A stretch of DNA of 64,000 bases, taken from Nostoc sp. (lineage in GTDB: Bacteria; Cyanobacteriota; Cyanobacteriia; Cyanobacteriales; Nostocaceae). The first letter of the stretch is position 1. The number at the start of each line of letters is the position of its first letter. The position numbers were made by a program, and so were the translations under genes. Where the stretch lies: NCBI GenBank assembly GCA_036918135.1, contig JBALDB010000067.1, positions 64,001 through 128,000 of the forward strand, written 5' to 3'. This document shows, piece after piece, positions 40,888-49,591 of this stretch. The notes under the pieces are model-generated. The model saw only the letters and a list, made by a program, of their open reading frames with translations, had not been told where the DNA came from and searched no databases.

Positions 40888-42306
40888 TCAGGGACGACTC
40901 TTGAGTTTTTGTGCTTTTTTGTATAACTGCTGGAAGTAATCTGTCTCGGTTTCACGAGCCTCTACTGTTCGAGCTTTAAGCTTTCGTGCCTTTTTGTGCA
41001 ACTGCTGAAAGTAATCTGTTTCTGTAATTTCAGCTACTTGACTAGCTCTTTTAGCTTCGTCAATCTCAATATGTAGTTCCTTCACTTGCTGTTTGAGTTT
41101 ATGTTCTCGCGCTTTTACCTGTTGAGACATTTCTAAAAAAACGCGTACTAATTGACCGATATCGTCAGTTGCACTTCCCGCCTCAATTAATTTTTGAGTA
41201 TCGAAATCTTCCTCTTCTACCAGTGCTTTCGCTGCCTTTGTGAGGACACGAATCGGTTTGGCAATACTCTGCGCTAGGAACAGCGCTATTATAGCGGCGA
41301 TCGCTCCCACTGCTAGTAAGCTCAAGCTATTTTGCCAGATCAGGCGATTCAGGGGAGCAGTAAACTGGGCAATTGGTTTGTTAACTCCCAAAACCCAAGG
41401 TTCTTCATCCAAGGGAGCAAAGCCGATCGCTTGGCGCATCTGCTCTGATGGTGAATAATAGCTAGTATGACCGGGTTGTTTAGCTCTCACCATCACCTTA
41501 GCTAACTCTGGAATTTCTAGGCTTTTAATTTGATTGAGGCCATATTGGCGATCGCTCTGAATCTGCTTGAGTTTCTCTGGTGGCAAGCGGGCTAGGCTAT
41601 GGTAAAGCAGGGATTTATCAGGGTGGCTGATGATAACTCCATGCCCGTCAATCAGAAAGGCATCGCTAAGAGAGCCTGCTTGTAGCGCATTCACAATCGC
41701 CCAGATATCCTGTCCTTTAATCTTTAAGACTGCCACCCCGACAATTGTGCCGCCAAGAGACCGCACAGGGTTAGAAAAGTAAATGCCTGGCCGGCCGCTT
41801 GTTGTACCAATCAAAATGCTAGAAACGTAAGGTCGTCCCTGAAGTGATTGTTGAAAGTATTCCCAAAAAGCGTAGTTTTGACCGATGAATGTTGGATCGG
41901 TAGCTGCCTCGCAGCGACCCGCTCTATCCATGATATAGACTACATCATAGTCAGGGTTAGAGCGAAAAACGTTATCTAGCGATCGCTGCATTGAGGAGTG
42001 GAAAGCTGTTTGCTTCTGGGACGTGGTAGAAGTCAAGAAACCCACCACATCTTTATCAGTACTAATTTGGACAGCAACGCGTTGGATATCAACGATTAGT
42101 TGGTCAAGACGACTAGCGTTACTGGTCGCTAAAAGTTCTAGTTTGCGATATTCGCTGTCCTCTGCACTCTTGAGACTCTGTTGCAAGTTGTGATAAGTGA
42201 TGAAGCTCATCGGTATGAGCGCAACACAAAGCAATGCTACCGAAAGTTTAGTTCTGATAGACCAGATAGGTAGGTAAAAAAGCCGATGCAAATGCTTCGT
42301 TTTCAT
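40888..42306 (-). CDS. TM-dCache-TM-HAMP membrane receptor with no enzymatic output domain
   Basis: SIRTKL plus TM, Cache motifs (GQNYAFWEYF, GRPGIYFSNPV, FLIDGHGVIISHPD), second TM, HAMP (IAKPIRVL...DDIGQL), short helical tail. ATG at 42306 avoids overlap with the upstream regulator. Confidence 0.82.
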   Translation of the reverse strand: MKTKHLHRLFYLPIWSIRTKLSVALLCVALIPMSFITYHNLQQSLKSAEDSEYRKLELLATSNASRLDQLIVDIQRVAVQISTDKDVVGFLTSTTSQKQTAFHSSMQRSLDNVFRSNPDYDVVYIMDRAGRCEAATDPTFIGQNYAFWEYFQQSLQGRPYVSSILIGTTSGRPGIYFSNPVRSLGGTIVGVAVLKIKGQDIWAIVNALQAGSLSDAFLIDGHGVIISHPDKSLLYHSLARLPPEKLKQIQSDRQYGLNQIKSLEIPELAKVMVRAKQPGHTSYYSPSEQMRQAIGFAPLDEEPWVLGVNKPIAQFTAPLNRLIWQNSLSLLAVGAIAAIIALFLAQSIAKPIRVLTKAAKALVEEEDFDTQKLIEAGSATDDIGQLVRVFLEMSQQVKAREHKLKQQVKELHIEIDEAKRASQVAEITETDYFQQLHKKARKLKARTVEARETETDYFQQLYKKAQKLKSRP

Positions 42307-42416
42307 CTCTGCTTTGTTGCTGAAGTATCTGTTCAGACATAGCAATATTTCTAATAGTGTAGAAAACACTAAATTCGGACACAATGTACAATCTTTTGCT
42401 GAGACTAACAATTCTT

Positions 42417-43214
42417 TCAGTTGTGTTGCATACGTTGGGCGTTGCGCCAAGCTTGAGGTGTAGTTCCATGATATTGACGAAACTGACGGAAGAAATGAAC
42501 TGCGTTTTGATAACCTACAGTCTGGGCGATCGCATCTACTGGCTGGTTTGTCTTCTGAAGTAAAGAGCATACTTCTGCCATCCGGCGATCGACAATCCAA
42601 CGGTTGACTGTGCGTCCTGTCAAGCGTTTCACCTGGCTGGTGAGATAAGCCGGAGAGTAACCAACTGCAACAGCCACCTCACATAAGCCAATAGGCTCGT
42701 GAAAATTAATTTCTATAAAGTCGAAGACTTTACTTAGTTGAGAACAGTCAGGAAAGATTGAATGTGAATCTGGCGATTTCTCAGTAATAGCTGTGGATGG
42801 TGTCCTCAAGTACTCGGACTGTGTAGCATACCACTGTTGGAGAATTTCCTGTTTTTGGAGTCGAGCAGTAATCGCCTTTAGTACTTCTTCTACCGTAAAG
42901 GGCTTGGTTAAATAGTCATCAGCTCCCAAATTCATACCTTGACGAACCTCAGCCTGAGTAGCCTGAGCGGTAAGAAATATGAAGGGAATAATAGCTGTAG
43001 CAAGGTTTTGACGTAACGTTCTTAAGACACCATAACCATCAAGTTTCGGGATGAGAATGTCGCAAATTACTAAATCTGGCAAACATTCTTGTGCCTTCTG
43101 AACGCCAACAACGCCGTTCTCCGCAGCGATCGCTTCAAACCCTTCTGCTTCTAAACTGTCTATAAAGATATCTCGACTTTCGGCCTCATCTTTAATCACT
43201 AGAATCTTAGCCAT
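42417..43214 (-). CDS. Response regulator with AraC-type HTH output (REC-AraC)
   Basis: PDLVICD, FIFLTA and ADDYLTKP receiver motifs; VGYSPAYL and IAQTVGYQNAVHFFRQFRQYHGTTPQAWR AraC motifs. Confidence 0.92.
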   Translation of the reverse strand: MAKILVIKDEAESRDIFIDSLEAEGFEAIAAENGVVGVQKAQECLPDLVICDILIPKLDGYGVLRTLRQNLATAIIPFIFLTAQATQAEVRQGMNLGADDYLTKPFTVEEVLKAITARLQKQEILQQWYATQSEYLRTPSTAITEKSPDSHSIFPDCSQLSKVFDFIEINFHEPIGLCEVAVAVGYSPAYLTSQVKRLTGRTVNRWIVDRRMAEVCSLLQKTNQPVDAIAQTVGYQNAVHFFRQFRQYHGTTPQAWRNAQRMQHN

Positions 43215-43306
43215 TGTCTCTCCTTAATGTTTAGTAATTATTTCAGGTAGTTGATGAATTATGAATTTTGATAGTCATTCTATTTAGACTGTTGTAGAGA
43301 TTGTCA

Positions 43307-43700
43307 TCACATCGGCAGGGTAATTGTAAAGGTACTACCCACCCCAACTTCACTGACAACTGTGATTTGACCACAATGTATATCTACAAGCTTTTTGACA
43401 AGTGCTAACCCTAATCCATTACCTGGGATATTGCCGACATTTGCACCGCGATAAAATGGCTTAAACAGTTGTTGTCGATCTGCTACTGAAGTATTATTTC
43501 CTCGATCCTTAATCTAGAAAATAATATCTCACTAAACTGCTAGCTGCATCATTGGCGTAGAGAAACCGCGCATCTGGCTTTACCCAGAAAACTGTACCTA
43601 TCACATCAACTATTACGGACTTAATAAGCTACAACTCCTTTTCTAGCAGCAGGCTGATTTGAAAGTTGTTTTGCTCTGAAATACGATTGCTAATAACCAT
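43307..43700 (-). pseudogene. Internally deleted PAS histidine kinase
   Basis: N-terminal remnant MVISNR...VFWVKPDARFLYANDAA (PAS start) joined almost directly to an HATPase tail IKDRG...LFKPFYRGANVGNIPGNGLGLALVKKLVDIHCGQITVVSEVGVGSTFTITLP; in-frame stops present. Confidence 0.8.
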
Positions 43701-44048
43701 AGTTCAAATCACTACAATTACTAAATAAACTTTTAAAAATTACTCATGAACACTAAACTATGCGTTACATCTGGTTTTATACGACTTTTGCCAAATCCAA
43801 ATAGAATTATTGTTTCCTATAAAGTGTATGAAAGAATTTCAATCTTTGAAATCAGGCTTTGTTCTCTCGAATTCATACTCATAAGCTATGTAATGTCGAT
43901 ACAATTCCTACTTATTTCTCTTGCTACTGCAACTTTTTTTATGCGATTATCAGATTTTTGTTAAAAAAGTTTACAAATCAAGGTAAAGGTCAGAATAATA
44001 GACCTCTTCCACCAATAGTGTAAGAGGTCTAAGAAACTATTTATAAAG

Positions 44049-44186
44049 TATAGCAGGAGGCACACTTCGGCTTCTCTACAAGACGCTACGCAAACACTCA
44101 GCGACCAGAAGGCAGGAGGTAAAACTATTACTGTTCCTAGCATTCACGCTTGTCATTATGTCCTAAAGGGTGTGACTATGGCTATA
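44049..44186. repeat. MITE-like repeat (same family as 12733-12832) with a nested insertion
   Basis: Same ends and body as the 12733 copy, plus an extra segment of about 40 bp (ACACTTCGGCTTCTCTACAAGACGCTACGC...). Confidence 0.65.
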
Positions 44187-44195
44187 AATCTTAAG

Positions 44196-44407
44196 GTAGT
44201 AGCGTGGCAAGGCAAAAATAGTGCGTTACGTGTAGGTTGAGTTGAGCAACCTTAAACCCAACGTGAATCAGGGTGTTGGGTTTCCCTACATCAACCCAAC
44301 CTACTAGCGCGGCAACCTTAAAATATTGGGTTCAAAAAACCTCAAAAATCGTGAATTCGGCGATTCTATTTATCCAACCAAGCAAACTAAGCTTGCCGCG
44401 CTACTAC
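44196..44407. mobile_element. MITE-like element with GTAGTAGCG(T/C)GGCAAG TIRs and an internal REP-like hairpin
   Basis: GTAGTAGCGTGGCAAG ... CTTGCCGCGCTACTAC; internal GTAGGTTGAGTTGA...TCAACCCAACCTAC. Confidence 0.65.
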
Positions 44408-44495
44408 GGTAATTATATTTTTACTTTAATAAATAACCTCTAATGTAAACATTTATAACGAAAATAATTGTTTCGCATAAAATTTCGGGCTGGAG

Positions 44496-45191
44496 ATGCG
44501 AGAGAAAAATAGAGATTCATTTTCGCTTTTGGAGTCTCAGATGCATCATCCCGAACAAGATGAACTAGATTCGCATTTACTACAACTGGCTATTTCGGCT
44601 CAACAATATCCAGCGAGATCGCCACAACGACAACTTGCTTTAACAAAGCTAATTAATGCCATTGTGCGGTCTTCTAGGCTTTGTCATCCCCAAAAAAGTC
44701 GATTTACAGCAGCTATCTATGAAAATATTTACGATGAAGCATGTCAGGAACTCTTACTTTATATTTGTGAAAAAATTGATAAGTACGATCCAGAACGCGG
44801 TAGCTTCATGGCATGGGTGAACGTTCTTTTAGAACGGCGATTTTTTAAAGATGCTATTAATAAGTTCCAGACTTTGCCAGGGATGAAAATACAAACCATT
44901 ACTGACTTAGATAATCTTATTGCCTCACCGGAAAAACCAGAAAATATTACAGATATTCTGAAAGAATGTATCGAATCAGATCCAGAAGATATGTTTAAAA
45001 ACGAACATATAGAAAAATTTCCTCAAGCCAACTTTCAAGCATTGGCGATGCGACGAATGTTAGGAAAATCCTGGAAGGAGATTTCTGCTGAATTTAAAAT
45101 CAAAATTCCCACAATCAGCAGCTTTTATTACCGATGTATAAATAAATTTTCTTCAAAATTGAAAGAGTATTGTGTTAGTGATGTAAATTAA
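44496..45191 (+). CDS. Sigma-70/ECF-like factor (cyanobacterial DUF1822-associated type)
   Basis: Region-2-like IYDEACQELLLYICEKIDKYDPERGSFMAWV and region-4-like HTH GKSWKEISAEFKIKIPTISSFYYR. Confidence 0.7.
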   Translation: MREKNRDSFSLLESQMHHPEQDELDSHLLQLAISAQQYPARSPQRQLALTKLINAIVRSSRLCHPQKSRFTAAIYENIYDEACQELLLYICEKIDKYDPERGSFMAWVNVLLERRFFKDAINKFQTLPGMKIQTITDLDNLIASPEKPENITDILKECIESDPEDMFKNEHIEKFPQANFQALAMRRMLGKSWKEISAEFKIKIPTISSFYYRCINKFSSKLKEYCVSDVN

Positions 45192-45206
45192 GTAAGAGAT
45201 TAATAA

Positions 45207-46166
45207 ATGATGAGTAATCTTTCAGAATCTTTAACCTTTACCCTACCCATAAGCTTGTCAGATCGCGCACTAGCAGAACAGTTTTGCTCTTTGCATAGCA
45301 ATCCACGAAAAGCCAAGCAGGTTTATCTTAATACTTTGGCGATATCTGCGGTAAAATTATACCTGCATTGTATGGGGGTTGAAACCAATTGGTCAGCGAG
45401 TTTGAGTTGGAATCCAGCAACGCAAATAGTAATGGATGTGGCTGATTTACAAGTAATCGGTAAAGGTAAAATCGAATGTCTTGCGGTATTACCAGGCGAA
45501 AAGGTGATTCATATTCCGCCAGAAGTTTGCTCAGACAGAATTGGCTATGTAGCTGTACAGCTTGATGAACGCTTGCGAGAAGCAACTCTGTTAGGATTTT
45601 TTAAAATAGTGAACGAATGTAGTTCTATAGCTATAAATAAGTTGCGATCGCTCGAAGAATTAATTTTACAACTGAGTGAAACGCCTGAAAACATAAAACA
45701 ACCAATTCACTTGAGTAAGTGGTTAATAAATGTTTTTGATGATGGTTGGCAAACGGTTGAGTCGCTTTTGAACGTGCAACAAGCCAAACTAGCTTTTAGA
45801 TTTAGAGGCTCTGAACAAACATTAGCTCCAAATTCTGAAAATTCAATTATTATTGAGCAGAAACGAAAACTGTTATATTTGGGGCGAGAATCAGAAAGTA
45901 AACCAATAGCTTTAATAGTTGGACTGATACCTGTTTCTGAACAAGAAATAAATATCTGTGTGAAAGTGTGTCGAGATAATAACCAAAAGTATCTGCCAGA
46001 AGAACTTGAAGTCATGGTGTTGGATGATTTAGGTACTCCTGTAATGCAAGCTACTGCTAGAAGCACCAAGAGTATTCAACTAAACTTCAGTAGCGAATTA
46101 GGAGAGCGTTTTAGTATTAAAATCGCTTTGGGTGATATCAACTTTATAGAAGCTTTTAAAGTCTAA
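45207..46166 (+). CDS. DUF1822 family protein
   Basis: KAKQVYLNTLA, DVADL, DRIGYVAVQ, ATLLGF and HLSKWL motifs; C-terminal IQLNFSSELGERFSIKI. Confidence 0.82.
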   Translation: MMSNLSESLTFTLPISLSDRALAEQFCSLHSNPRKAKQVYLNTLAISAVKLYLHCMGVETNWSASLSWNPATQIVMDVADLQVIGKGKIECLAVLPGEKVIHIPPEVCSDRIGYVAVQLDERLREATLLGFFKIVNECSSIAINKLRSLEELILQLSETPENIKQPIHLSKWLINVFDDGWQTVESLLNVQQAKLAFRFRGSEQTLAPNSENSIIIEQKRKLLYLGRESESKPIALIVGLIPVSEQEINICVKVCRDNNQKYLPEELEVMVLDDLGTPVMQATARSTKSIQLNFSSELGERFSIKIALGDINFIEAFKV

Positions 46167-46286
46167 AAATCAGTACAAATAAATATTACTACCTAAGATA
46201 GATTATTGTGACAAGCATTGTAAAAAAGTTTCAGTATCTGGTAGTGTTATTCTGATTATCCAAAATCCCTAACTTTAAATAGGTAT

Positions 46287-48650
46287 ATGACAAAGTTAGT
46301 TGTTCTGAAACTAGATAGTAATTTGTCAGAACACGGATATCGCGTGTTACTGGAAATTGGAGCAGAAAATGCTCGTCCCAAAATAGAAGTTTCTGGTAAC
46401 TTACCTGCATTTCCTGACTTAACTACTTACTTAAACGAGTGGCAAGATAAATATCGCAGTCTGGGCATAGCTAGTCGGATAAAACCCCAAGAAATTATTT
46501 ATGATGGCTCTATTAAAAGTCGAATTGAAAAATGTCGTCAGTCAGCTAAAGTATTAAGCGATCGCCTACAAAAATGGTTGGACTCTCAGGAATTTCGCTG
46601 CATCAATAATACATTACGCGAAGAATTAAATCGAGATGAAATAATTCGGGTCTTAATTCGCACCGACGACCCGCAACTACAAAGGCTTCCTTGGCATTTA
46701 TGGGATTTTTTTAACAGATACTCCCAAGCAGAATTTGCTTTGACTGTAACAGCTTCTGAAATACCCAATACAGTACCTCGTAAACCGAAAGTTAGAATTT
46801 TAGCGATTCTAGGAAATACTATTGGAATTGATATTCAAAAAGACCGCCAATTATTAGAAAAATTACCAGATGCCGAAATAGTTTTTTTAGTGGAACCACA
46901 ACGCAACGAGCTAAATAACTATCTGTGGCAGCAATGGGATATTTTATTTTTCGCTGGGCATAGTGAAACTGCCGCTGACAAAGGTCATATTTATATTAAT
47001 CAAACTGATAAATTAGCAATTGACGAGTTAAAGAACGGTTTAAAAAATGCGATCGCTCAAGGTTTGCAGTTGGCAATTTTTAACTCATGTGATGGTTTTG
47101 GATTAGCATCACAACTTATTTGTTTACACATTCCGCAGATAATTGTTATGCGGGAACCTGTGCCTGATGAAGTCGCACAACAATTTTTAAAGAATTTTCT
47201 CATCGCTTTTTCGAGTGGTAAATCTCTTTATTTGGCGTTGCGAGAAGCAAGGGAAAAGTTGCAAGGTTTAGAGGATAGATTTCCGAATGCAACTTGGTTG
47301 CCAGTAATTTTTCAGAACCCTGGGGTTTTACCACCGACTTGGAAAATGTTATCCTCTCCAAACATAAAGTTGAAACGTATTTTTATTACCATACTTCTGG
47401 TGAGTGTACTTGTGACAGCAAGTGTAATGGGAGTGCGTTATTTGGGGATGTTGCAACAAAGTGAATTGCAAGCTTATGACCATTTAATGCAAATGCGATC
47501 GCTTGGGGAAAGGTCAGATCCGCGCCTATTAATAGTTACTATTGGTGAGGCTGATATTTATTATCAAAATCAGCAAGGGATGAAAGGCAGAGGATCGCTT
47601 TCGGATCGCGCACTTGCTCAACTCTTGCAAAAATTAGAGCAGTATCAACCAACAACAATTGGTATAGATATTTATCGTGATTTTCCTGTAGACTCCAATT
47701 ATCAAAATTTAGCAACTCAGCTACAACAAGATAATCGCATTTTTATAGTTTGCAAAGTTTCTGCTGATTTGGATGGCGAACCTGATGGCATTCATCCCCC
47801 CGATGAAGTTCCACAAGAACGTCGGAGTTTTAGCGATTTTGTTGCAGACGACGATGAAATTATCCGCCGTCAATTGTTGAATTTAACTCCTCCTTTAGAA
47901 TCTCCATGCGCTGCAGAAGATGCTTTTAGCCTTCAGCTTGCACGTCACTATTTGCAAGCTAAAGGTATTCAAGCAGAGATTAATTCTCAAGGATATTTGC
48001 AAATAGGCAATGTTGTATTTCAATCATTAAAAGAACACTCCAGCGGTTACCAAAGAATTGATGCATCTGGTTATCAAGTTTTGCTAAATTATCGTTCTTT
48101 GCGTCCTAACGAAAAAATTGCCGAGACAGTATCTCTCAAAGATGTTTTGAACGACCAGATTAAGCCTGAGTTAGTCGAGTCATTAAAAAATCGAATAGTG
48201 ATGATTGGTGTTACTGCACCAAGTAGTAAAGCTGATTATTGGAAAATCCCCGCTCAAAAAAAGAAAACACAAGGACTACTCGTGCAGGCGCACATGGTAA
48301 GCCATATTCTTAGTGCCGTTGAGGATCGTAGAGCTTTGTTTTGGTGGTGGCCTTGGTGGGTTGAGGCTTTTTGGGTCTGGGGATGGTCATTGATTGGAGA
48401 AATTTTAGCATGGCGTTGCTCAAAACCGTTGCATCTTGGGTTGGCGATTGCAACCGCGCTATTAACACTATTTGGCATCTGCTTTGGCATCTTTATACAA
48501 GCAGGGTGGATACCACTTGTACCGCCTGCACTGGCATTGCTGTTGACGGCTACGGTTGTTGTGTGGAGGTTACGCAGAGATAATTCAGCTTCCCAGGCTG
48601 ACCGTCCCTCTTTCAGAAATAAGAGCAAATATTTTAATACTGAATTATGA
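46287..48650 (+). CDS. CHAT (caspase-like) protease fused to a CHASE2 sensor, membrane-anchored
   Basis: RLPWHLW, FFAGHS (His), IFNSCDG (Cys), MREPVPD; TM; CHASE2 motifs (AYDHLM, DPRLLIVTI, IGIDIYRD, IVMIGVT); three C-terminal TMs. Confidence 0.88.
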   Translation: MTKLVVLKLDSNLSEHGYRVLLEIGAENARPKIEVSGNLPAFPDLTTYLNEWQDKYRSLGIASRIKPQEIIYDGSIKSRIEKCRQSAKVLSDRLQKWLDSQEFRCINNTLREELNRDEIIRVLIRTDDPQLQRLPWHLWDFFNRYSQAEFALTVTASEIPNTVPRKPKVRILAILGNTIGIDIQKDRQLLEKLPDAEIVFLVEPQRNELNNYLWQQWDILFFAGHSETAADKGHIYINQTDKLAIDELKNGLKNAIAQGLQLAIFNSCDGFGLASQLICLHIPQIIVMREPVPDEVAQQFLKNFLIAFSSGKSLYLALREAREKLQGLEDRFPNATWLPVIFQNPGVLPPTWKMLSSPNIKLKRIFITILLVSVLVTASVMGVRYLGMLQQSELQAYDHLMQMRSLGERSDPRLLIVTIGEADIYYQNQQGMKGRGSLSDRALAQLLQKLEQYQPTTIGIDIYRDFPVDSNYQNLATQLQQDNRIFIVCKVSADLDGEPDGIHPPDEVPQERRSFSDFVADDDEIIRRQLLNLTPPLESPCAAEDAFSLQLARHYLQAKGIQAEINSQGYLQIGNVVFQSLKEHSSGYQRIDASGYQVLLNYRSLRPNEKIAETVSLKDVLNDQIKPELVESLKNRIVMIGVTAPSSKADYWKIPAQKKKTQGLLVQAHMVSHILSAVEDRRALFWWWPWWVEAFWVWGWSLIGEILAWRCSKPLHLGLAIATALLTLFGICFGIFIQAGWIPLVPPALALLLTATVVVWRLRRDNSASQADRPSFRNKSKYFNTEL

Positions 48651-49528
48651 CAAAAAGTAATCTACCTCAAAACTATATGAAACTATTAATTTATCAACTA
48701 AAAATTGATAGGTTTGTAGTCAATGCTTTGGGGCATAAGCGCTTACTACAAACTTGCATTATGCCTTTGCTAATGCTTAGTATTGCCAGTTATCCTGCAC
48801 AAGTAAATTCACAAGTTAACCCACCTGTCAAGAAGGTTCTATCTAATACCCAAAACCGCTTAACTCAATTGAAATTTCCACGTAACGGCGCACCTATTGG
48901 TCGCCGCCAAGGAGGCGCAAGGCGTACTGGGACTGATTGCCCGGATCTGGAAACGCCTATTACTGCCTTAGTGCCTGGTGAAGAAACTGCGGATGAATCG
49001 AAATCTTTCTTGGCATTAACGGTCTCTGAGTTTCCGACCTTTTGGGTTTATCTGCCACAGTTACCGACAAACTTACGCACTGGAGAGTTTGTATTTCAGG
49101 ATGAAAAGGGCAAAGACATCTATCGAACGCCTTTGACGCTGCCTGAAAAGTCTGGTGCGATTGGCATTAATTTACCGCCAAGTCCGCAATATGCTTTGAA
49201 GCAAGACAACAGATATCAATGGTACTTCAAAGTTTATTGTGGCAATCGCCAAACTACATCTGAGTATTTTTACGTTAAAGCATGGGTGCAACGGGTGGCG
49301 TTAACAAGCGACCTTGAAAATCAGTTAAAGACGACAAAACCAAAAGAATATACTGCCTATGCTGTGAATTATATTTGGCAGGATGCCTTAACTAATTTAG
49401 CTGATATGCACCGCAATAATCCAGGCGATCGCACCTTAAGCGATGATTGGACTAATTTATTAACAGCTGTTGGTTTGTCAGAATTCGCCTCTGCGCCCGT
49501 TATTGGGCGTTATGGTTCGCAAAGATAA
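48647..49528 (+). CDS. DUF928 family exported protein
   Basis: Signal-like segment, GRRQGGARR, ITALVP, PTFWVYLP, YQWYF, WVQRV, IWQDAL and WTNLLTAVGL motifs. Confidence 0.85.
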   Translation: MTKSNLPQNYMKLLIYQLKIDRFVVNALGHKRLLQTCIMPLLMLSIASYPAQVNSQVNPPVKKVLSNTQNRLTQLKFPRNGAPIGRRQGGARRTGTDCPDLETPITALVPGEETADESKSFLALTVSEFPTFWVYLPQLPTNLRTGEFVFQDEKGKDIYRTPLTLPEKSGAIGINLPPSPQYALKQDNRYQWYFKVYCGNRQTTSEYFYVKAWVQRVALTSDLENQLKTTKPKEYTAYAVNYIWQDALTNLADMHRNNPGDRTLSDDWTNLLTAVGLSEFASAPVIGRYGSQR

Positions 49529-49591
49529 TACCAATTTAGTTGCAGTAGTGATAAATAATGGCTGACAATTACTACTTTTTAGAGGTGTAGT

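Noticed and set aside
42307..42600. N-terminal extension of the Cache-HAMP ORF given in the ORF track
   Set aside because: Overlaps the AraC regulator in another frame; the ATG at 42306 gives a normal receptor N-terminus.
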